30,122 nt of DNA from the NCBI GenBank assembly GCA_030740155.1, contig JASLXV010000052.1, positions 1-30,122 of the forward strand, written 5' to 3'. Of the stretch, positions 24,374 to 30,122 are shown in pieces. The stretch is from Dehalococcoidia bacterium. Its GTDB lineage: Bacteria > Chloroflexota > Dehalococcoidia > Lucifugimonadales > UBA3495. Made by a program: the position numbers and the translations under genes. Positions within the stretch are counted from its first letter, which is position 1. Each line of letters opens with the position of its first letter. Below the pieces are notes generated by a model. It saw nothing but the letters and a program-made list of their open reading frames with translations, was not told the origin of the DNA and did not search any database.

Positions 24374-24402
24374 AGTATACCGCCGGACAGAAATAATAAC
24401 AA
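24374..24402 (-). promoter_or_regulatory. Putative sigma70 promoter of the OFOR operon, giving a leader of about 200 nt
   Basis: TTGTTA-17 bp-TATACT. Confidence 0.6.
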
Positions 24403-24483
24403 CGGGTCGCCGTTATTCGACGCATCAAGCCAAACAATGCATGTTTTTCGCCAAACCAGGCTGAGGCTTGGAGAGCCGACAAC

Positions 24484-25869
24484 CTACATGTGGATCGCGC
24501 GCCCCAGGGCATCCAGCGCGGCCTCTTTCAGCATCTCCGAGAGGGACGGGTGCGGATGAACCGCCCATCCCAACTCCAGCGTGGTGCCCTCCAGCAACCT
24601 GGTCATGGTAAGCTCGCCCAGCAGCTCGGTCACCTCCGGGCCGATCATATGGCCGCCCAGTAGTTCCCCGTATCGTTCGTCGATCACCAATTTGACGATG
24701 CCTTCGCCCTCGCCCATGGCCAGCGCTTTCCCATTGGCCCGGACGTTGAACTTTCCCACCCGAACACCGTAGCCCTGCTCCCGAGCCTGAGACTCGGTCA
24801 GGCCAAAACTGGCGATCTGGGGCTGGCAATAAGTGGCCCGGGGCATCATGGTATAGTCCAGGGCCTGGGTCTCCATCCCCGCCAGGTGTTCCACCGCCAC
24901 CACCCCTTGGGCCGACGCCGCGTGGGCCAGAGCCAGCTTGCCGGTCACATCGCCAATGGCAAACACCCCCGGCACGCTGGTGCCCATCTTATCGTCAATT
25001 TTGATGCAGTTATGCTCCGTTTCGATACCCAAACTTTCCAAGCCCAGGTCCTCGATGTTCGCCTGTACCCCAACCGCCACCAGTACCTTTTCGCAGGCGA
25101 CCGCCTGCTCTGCGCCGTCCTTCTCTACTTTAACTATTAAACCATCGGACCCGGACTCAAATCTGGTGACGGTGGACCCGGTCATAATGTTTATGCCCTG
25201 GTGGGCGAAACTGCGTTCGAGCAATGGGCTAATCTCTTCATCCTCAGTGGGCACCAGCCGAGGCAGAAGCTCCACCATGGTAACCTCAACTCCGTACATC
25301 CGGTAGAGGTAGGCAAACTCCACGCCCACCGCACCTCCGCCCACGATCACCATGGACGATGGAAGCTGGCTCAGGACGATGGACTCCCGGCTGGTAATTA
25401 TTCTCTCGCCGTCGACGGGCAGGGGAGGGATGGAGCGGGACCGGGAACCGGTGGCTAAGATGATGTTCTTGGCGATTACCTTCTCCCCCGCGGGAGTCAC
25501 CTCAACCACCCCGTCACCCCGGAGGACGGCCGTGCCCTGGATGTGGTCAACTTTATTCTTGCGCAGCAGGTAGGCAACCCCTCGAACGTTGCGGGCCACC
25601 ACTTTCCGGCTGCGTTCCACGGCCACGGCGTAGTCGGCATGGAAGTTATCGAACCGGAGTCCGAACTCCTCGGCGCGATGGATGTAGGACAGGACCTCCG
25701 CGTTCTTGAGAAGCGCCTTACTGGGTATACACCCCCAGTTGAGGCAGACACCCCCCAGGGCCTCCCGCTCGATGACGGCGGTTTTCAGCCCTAGCTGCCC
25801 CGCCCGGATGGCCGCCACGTAGCCGCCGGGACCGGCGCCGATTACCACCAGGTCGTAATTGGAGTCCAT
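24484..25869 (-). CDS. lpdA: Dihydrolipoyl dehydrogenase (E3)
   Basis: GAGPGGY, GGVCLNWGCIPSK, GGGAVG, AIGDV, HPHPSLSE. Confidence 0.97.
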   Translation of the reverse strand: MDSNYDLVVIGAGPGGYVAAIRAGQLGLKTAVIEREALGGVCLNWGCIPSKALLKNAEVLSYIHRAEEFGLRFDNFHADYAVAVERSRKVVARNVRGVAYLLRKNKVDHIQGTAVLRGDGVVEVTPAGEKVIAKNIILATGSRSRSIPPLPVDGERIITSRESIVLSQLPSSMVIVGGGAVGVEFAYLYRMYGVEVTMVELLPRLVPTEDEEISPLLERSFAHQGINIMTGSTVTRFESGSDGLIVKVEKDGAEQAVACEKVLVAVGVQANIEDLGLESLGIETEHNCIKIDDKMGTSVPGVFAIGDVTGKLALAHAASAQGVVAVEHLAGMETQALDYTMMPRATYCQPQIASFGLTESQAREQGYGVRVGKFNVRANGKALAMGEGEGIVKLVIDERYGELLGGHMIGPEVTELLGELTMTRLLEGTTLELGWAVHPHPSLSEMLKEAALDALGRAIHM

Positions 25870-25895
25870 CTACACCTTCTGGCTACACCTTCTGG
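25870..25895. repeat. Perfect 13-bp tandem duplication spanning the lpdA RBS
   Basis: CTACACCTTCTGG x2 (minus strand CCAGAAGGTGTAG) immediately before the ATG. Confidence 0.85.
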
Positions 25896-26239
25896 GAACG
25901 TGATTCGCTCCCGCCCGGACCCACGATTCACCGGCCCGCCGGGCCCGGCCCGATTCAACCCGGTTACGCATTATACAAGCAGCCATGAATCAGACACAAG
26001 AATCGTGCGCGCCTTGGAATGAGGAGTTGCCACGGATACTTATTTTGGGCAGACAAGACAGCGGCTCCTCCGCAGATGCGGGGCGAGCACGGAGAAATTG
26101 ACACCTCGGTCTCGGCCCCTCCGCGGTTAGCGATATTTGATGTAATAGTTGCCTCACCCGATGCCGGACCGGCCAATTGTGTCCGTAATGGGATTCTGAT
26201 ATGATTAAGGTTAAGCCGCGCCAAGAATTAAGGAGCACC

Positions 26240-26443
26240 ATGAGAGTAGGACCATTCGGTCTCCCTGAGATGATTATCATCCTTCTGGTGATAATGCTGA
26301 TTTTCGGCGCCAAGAGGCTTCCTGAGATCGGCTCTTCACTGGGACGCAGCATCCGGACGTTCAAGAGCGCCGTAACCGGCGAGGACGAAAAGCCGGAAAA
26401 CAACCAAGCCGTCCAGACCAAGACCGGCGACGACCAGTCGTAG
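26240..26443 (+). CDS. tatA: Twin-arginine translocase TatA/TatE subunit
   Basis: GLPEMIIILLVIMLIFGAKRLPEIGSSLGRSIRTFK; start ATG 26240 with RBS TAAGGAG. Confidence 0.95.
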   Translation: MRVGPFGLPEMIIILLVIMLIFGAKRLPEIGSSLGRSIRTFKSAVTGEDEKPENNQAVQTKTGDDQS

Positions 26444-26576
26444 CATCGGGCTCGTTTTAGCTCACACGGACCGGGGCCGGGACCCACTGGAGATCGCGGG
26501 TCCGCCCCGGGCGTACCATCGACTCCGGGACACCCCTTCAACCCCTCCCCAAGGCCAGTCTGTGACTGGCCCATGC

Positions 26577-27323
26577 TCAGTCCACTCGGGTAGCCGGTGT
26601 AATCGCTCTCGATTTCGCGCGCCCCCGGCCTGCCAGCCGGGCCAGCAGAATACCCACTTCATACAGCGCCAGCAGTGGCCCCGCCACCAGGGCCTGGTTA
26701 AACGGATCAACTGTCGGCGTGATTACGGCCGCCATGACGAACGCCACCACCAACCAGTAGCGGCGGAACCGCGACAGCATCCGTGCGTTGACGATCCCCA
26801 GTTTGGCCAGCAGGTGCATCACCAGCGGAGTCTCAAAGGCTAGCCCCATCCCCAACAACAGCCGGATTATTTGGCCAACCGTGCTGCTCACTCGAGGCTG
26901 AATCTCGATTATGTCGCTGCCGTGGCCTATCAGAAATCCAAGGAGCGGCGGCAACAAAACAAAGTATCCAAAGGAGACACCGGAGGCGAAGGCCACCAGG
27001 GTACCCGGCAAGAACGCGATCAGGTAACGCTTTTCCTTGCCGGTGAGGCCGGGAGCGACAAATAACACGACCTGATAGAGTATCACCGGAGAGGCCAGGA
27101 CAAATCCGGCAACCATGGACACTTTGATGCTGGTGCTCAGCGTCTCGGTGAGTTCCACCGCGATGAGGTCCACCTCGGGGCCCGGCCGCACCAGCAACTC
27201 CACGATCCGTTCCCAGAATGGGAAGGCGATTGCGCTGCCCACCACCAACGCCAGCACGGAGACGAACAGCCGCCGCCTCAGCTCGGCCAGGTGGGCCAAA
27301 ATGGTGAGCCTATGCTCATTCAT
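26577..27323 (-). CDS. tatC: Twin-arginine translocase TatC
   Basis: HLAELRRRL, FVAPGL..EK, FETP, AAVITPTVDP. Confidence 0.97.
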   Translation of the reverse strand: MNEHRLTILAHLAELRRRLFVSVLALVVGSAIAFPFWERIVELLVRPGPEVDLIAVELTETLSTSIKVSMVAGFVLASPVILYQVVLFVAPGLTGKEKRYLIAFLPGTLVAFASGVSFGYFVLLPPLLGFLIGHGSDIIEIQPRVSSTVGQIIRLLLGMGLAFETPLVMHLLAKLGIVNARMLSRFRRYWLVVAFVMAAVITPTVDPFNQALVAGPLLALYEVGILLARLAGRGRAKSRAITPATRVD

Positions 27324-27627
27324 TTTTGGCCTCGGGCAACTCGTCCTTCTCTTGATCTTCCCGGGCTTCCAGATCCGGGTCCAATGCCGGTTGAGGTAAT
27401 GAACCCTGGGGTACCGAGTCTCTGGGTGCTGGGTTCCGGACGGGAGGGGACGGCTCGTTCAAATCCACGCTGGCCGCGGCTGCCACGTCGCTGAAGGTGC
27501 GCCGAATGTCGCGCATGACCTTTCCCGCCGTTTTGGCCATGTCGATAGATCTGCTAGGCCCCAGGACCAGGAAGGCCACCAGGAATATAATCGCCATCTC
27601 CAACGGCCCGACGCCCATGAAATTCAC
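27316..27627 (-). CDS. tatB: Twin-arginine translocase TatB-like subunit
   Basis: GVGPLEMAIIFLVAFLVLGP amphipathic pattern; overlaps the upstream gene (ATGA) and tatC. Confidence 0.85.
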   Translation of the reverse strand: MNFMGVGPLEMAIIFLVAFLVLGPSRSIDMAKTAGKVMRDIRRTFSDVAAAASVDLNEPSPPVRNPAPRDSVPQGSLPQPALDPDLEAREDQEKDELPEAKNE

Positions 27628-29468
27628 GGGGACCTCCGTTGCCGCAAGGGGCAGTCAAGTCCGCAGGCCTCCGGAGCCGGCATGGGCCACCGGGGCGGAA
27701 GCGCGCACCCCAGCTCTTCCAGCATTTCAACCAACCGGCAGACCGGCAGACCGACGATGTTGGCGTAGCAGCCCTCCCATGACTCCGCCGGGTGCAGCAC
27801 CGGGTCCTGCACCGCATAGGCGCCGGCCTTGTCCATCGGCGTACCCGAGGAGATGGACGCCTCGATCTCGGCGTCGGTGAAGTTGCGCAGCGTGATATCG
27901 GTGGTCATGCTGCCGGTCAAGCGGCGTCCCGAGGCCGCATCGACCACCGTAACCCCGGTGGTCACCTGGTGCCGGGTACCCCGCAATTCCCGCAGCATCC
28001 GGCCGGCGTCGGCCGCGTCCGCCGGCTTTCCAATGGCCCGGCCATCGTGGACCACCAGGCTGTCGGCGCCGATCACGTAGCCCGTCTTGATCCGGGAGGC
28101 CACGGCCAAGGCCTTGGCCGTGGAAAGCCGGGCGACGGCGGCATCGGGCGTCTCGCCGTCATGCAGCTCTTCGGCGATGTGTGCCGGGACCGCGCGGAAG
28201 GACAGGCCCATTGACGACAGCAGTTCCCGCCGCCGGGGCGACGCCGAGGCCAGAACCAGCTCCACCGCCGGCCCGTTCCGGGATAGCAGCGCCACGCATT
28301 CCACGTGATGGGTCTGCGGAAACATGTCCAGCGGGACGACTTGCTCCAGGGTGTAGGGGCCATCACAGAGGACGCGCAGGTCCCGGGCCAGCGTTTCCGC
28401 ATCGCAGGAAACGTAAGCAACCCGGGGCGGCTCCATCCTCATGAGGCTGTGCAGCGCCTGGGGTTGGCAGCCGGCGCGGGGAGGGTCCAGGATCACCACG
28501 TCGGGCTTCTCGGCCAGCCGGTCCAGCACTTCCTCGGTCTTTCCCAACTCGAATCCCACGTTCTCAATGCCGGCGGCGTTCTCTTTCGCGTCGGCCACCG
28601 CCGCCGTGGATTCCTCCACGGCGATCACCTTCCTTACATGGGGCGCCAGCAGAATGGCGAACGTGCCCACCCCGGCGTAGGCGTCCAAGAGCACGTCGCT
28701 GGAGTTCAGGCCCAGCCGACACCGCAACACGCGCACCGCCTCGGCCGCTTGCTCTATGTTCACCTGGAAAAAAGATGGCGATGACACTCGAAAGGACTGC
28801 CCGTCCAGCGAGTCCAGGTAGCTTTTTTGTCCGGTGGGTACGGAGATGCCAGGACCCACTATCGTCGGCTGGACCAAGAAGTCGCCGGTCTCCCTGCCGG
28901 AGCGGATGGAAAGCTGGGTCGTCTCTCCGCAGTTGCCCTGAAGCTGAGCCAGAATGTTGTTGACCCCAGGGTGCATCAGCATGCATTGGTCGATACGGTT
29001 GAACCGCCGCGTTTCGCGGTTCACGAAACCCAGGGCGCCGGAGCGGCCAACGGTGAGCCTGGCATGGTTACGGTACCCGTATTCGTGGGGCGAAGGTATC
29101 ACCTCCGACACCGGAGGGCCGGCGAACCCGCCCACCCGGATCAGCGCATCCACTACCTTGTCCCGTTTGGCGGCCAGTTGGGCGGAATAGCTGAAATGCT
29201 GCCACTGGCACCCGGTGCAATCACCGTAGTAGGGGCAGGGTGGGCCCACCCGCTGCTCCGAGGGTTCCAACACCTCCACCACCCTGGCGCCGACGTACTT
29301 CCGGCGCACCCGGACGACCTCGGCAATCACCCGCTCGCCGGGAATCCCGCCGAAGACGAATACGTCCCACCCCTCCTCATGAGCCATGGCTTCGCCCAAC
29401 CGGCCCCAAGAAATCAAGTCCAGGGTAAGCTTCTCACCTTCGGCAATCTGTCGCTTGGTAGTTTGCAT
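27624..29468 (-). CDS. Fusion of RlmD/TrmA-family RNA (uracil-5)-methyltransferase (TRAM, Fe-S, SAM) and Maf/YhdE nucleotide pyrophosphatase
   Basis: N-part: CPYYGDCTGC, YRN, SFFQVN, DAYAGVG, LDPPRAG, YVSCD, DMFPQTHHVE. C-part from about 28265: LVLASASPRRRELL, IGADSLV, GKP, DKAGAYAVQ, NIVGLP. One open frame. Confidence 0.93.
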   Translation of the reverse strand: MQTTKRQIAEGEKLTLDLISWGRLGEAMAHEEGWDVFVFGGIPGERVIAEVVRVRRKYVGARVVEVLEPSEQRVGPPCPYYGDCTGCQWQHFSYSAQLAAKRDKVVDALIRVGGFAGPPVSEVIPSPHEYGYRNHARLTVGRSGALGFVNRETRRFNRIDQCMLMHPGVNNILAQLQGNCGETTQLSIRSGRETGDFLVQPTIVGPGISVPTGQKSYLDSLDGQSFRVSSPSFFQVNIEQAAEAVRVLRCRLGLNSSDVLLDAYAGVGTFAILLAPHVRKVIAVEESTAAVADAKENAAGIENVGFELGKTEEVLDRLAEKPDVVILDPPRAGCQPQALHSLMRMEPPRVAYVSCDAETLARDLRVLCDGPYTLEQVVPLDMFPQTHHVECVALLSRNGPAVELVLASASPRRRELLSSMGLSFRAVPAHIAEELHDGETPDAAVARLSTAKALAVASRIKTGYVIGADSLVVHDGRAIGKPADAADAGRMLRELRGTRHQVTTGVTVVDAASGRRLTGSMTTDITLRNFTDAEIEASISSGTPMDKAGAYAVQDPVLHPAESWEGCYANIVGLPVCRLVEMLEELGCALPPRWPMPAPEACGLDCPLRQRRSP

Positions 29469-29608
29469 CCTCTGAGAATACTATAAAGGAAGGCGCCGGG
29501 GAATCCAAGGCGGACGAGGCGCCCTCGGAGCGGTCGGCGGTCAGCAGACATCAGTCGGTGACTAGAGTTGGATGTGGAAGCCGACACTTGATAGCTGCCT
29601 AACCAGTG

Positions 29609-29637
29609 TTGACCACGAATTAGCTTGGGTATACACT
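29609..29637 (+). promoter_or_regulatory. Putative sigma70 promoter of trxA(-selC)
   Basis: TTGACC-17 bp-TACACT. Confidence 0.7.
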
Positions 29638-29716
29638 GTGCGAAAGCCCGCCGAACCTACTTACGACCCGATACATCTAACGTTATTAGAAGTGCAATTT
29701 TTTCTGGAGGACGGTA

Positions 29717-30046
29717 ATGGCGGAACCCATCGAAGTTACGGAAGCTAACTGGGACGATCAGGTGCTGAAGTCGGATCTACCGGTATTGGTGGACTTTTGG
29801 GCCGAATGGTGTGGCCCCTGCAAGATGATCGCCCCATCGGTTCACGACATGGCAGTGGAATATGATGGCCAGCTAAACGTGGGCAAGCTGGACGTGGACA
29901 GCAACCCCGGTATCGCGATGAAGTACGGCGTGCGGAGCATCCCGGCTCTGATCTTTTTCAAGGATGGCAAGCCGGTGGATCAGATCGTCGGAGCAGTGCC
30001 CAAGGGTAGACTCAAGAGCAAGGTAGATGCGGTGCTGGCTGGTTAG
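29717..30046 (+). CDS. trxA: Thioredoxin
   Basis: DFWAEWCGPCKMIAP, SIP, RBS GGAGG; 109 aa. Confidence 0.98.
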   Translation: MAEPIEVTEANWDDQVLKSDLPVLVDFWAEWCGPCKMIAPSVHDMAVEYDGQLNVGKLDVDSNPGIAMKYGVRSIPALIFFKDGKPVDQIVGAVPKGRLKSKVDAVLAG

Positions 30047-30066
30047 GCGGCCGCCCCTCCGGACGG

Positions 30067-30122
30067 GGGAGTGGATGGGGCCCGGTGGCCCTTGCGGACT
30101 TCAAATCCGTTATGCCTCGTGA
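30067..30122 (+). tRNA. selC: tRNA-Sec (anticodon TCA), 3' part cut by the window edge
   Basis: 8-nt acceptor 5' strand GGGAGTGG, 6-bp D stem GGGGCC-CGGT-GGCCCT with a 4-nt loop, anticodon arm GCGGA-CTTCAAA-TCCGT. This is the bacterial SelC geometry. Confidence 0.9.

Noticed and set aside
2469..26239. Longest-ORF starts at 2469, 7563, 7719, 24214 and 26201
   Set aside because: The N-terminal extensions are low-complexity or non-homologous; downstream starts (2550, 7479, 7737, 24163, 26240) have clear RBSs and family-typical N-termini.
1..30046. Selenoprotein genes within the window
   Set aside because: Redox and metal motifs checked (Trx CGPC, LpdA CxxxxC, OFOR CPGC, RlmD Fe-S, blue-copper Cys) all use Cys codons, and no recognised gene appears truncated at an internal TGA.
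1..30122. CRISPR array or cas genes
   Set aside because: No regularly spaced 23-47 bp direct repeats with unique spacers and no cas-like ORFs were seen.

Overview
High-GC chromosomal window, probably from a Chloroflexota (Dehalococcoidia/SAR202-like) bacterium; the taxon is inferred from gene content such as the auracyanin-like lipoprotein and tandem ThyX. The left end holds the tyrosine integrase of an element inserted at the 3' end of tRNA-Glu(CTC). Next come a blue-copper lipoprotein, an AIR-synthase-family protein, a PLP dehydratase, DedA and a 74-aa HTH protein behind a near-consensus promoter. A catabolic block follows (acetamidase/formamidase, ThDP enzyme, MmgE/PrpD, alpha/beta hydrolase), then an ECF sigma/ZAS anti-sigma pair, a WrbA-like flavodoxin and a tandem-duplicated ThyX. 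A 2-oxoacid oxidation block (lpdA, OFOR alpha/beta, E2, ALS-family ThDP enzyme) has no E1 in the window. The right end carries tatA convergent on an RlmD-Maf fusion-tatB-tatC operon, trxA and the 5' part of tRNA-Sec. Intergenic spaces hold several small palindromic repeat families, including a three-layer nested element. Best leads: (1) the m5U methyltransferase-Maf pyrophosphatase fusion; (2) the E1-less E2/ThDP-enzyme/OFOR/E3 arrangement; (3) a 144-nt G-U-rich rod-shaped RNA candidate at 17658-17801; (4) the 74-aa HTH protein. All calls come from reading motifs by eye; no searches or folding programs were run.
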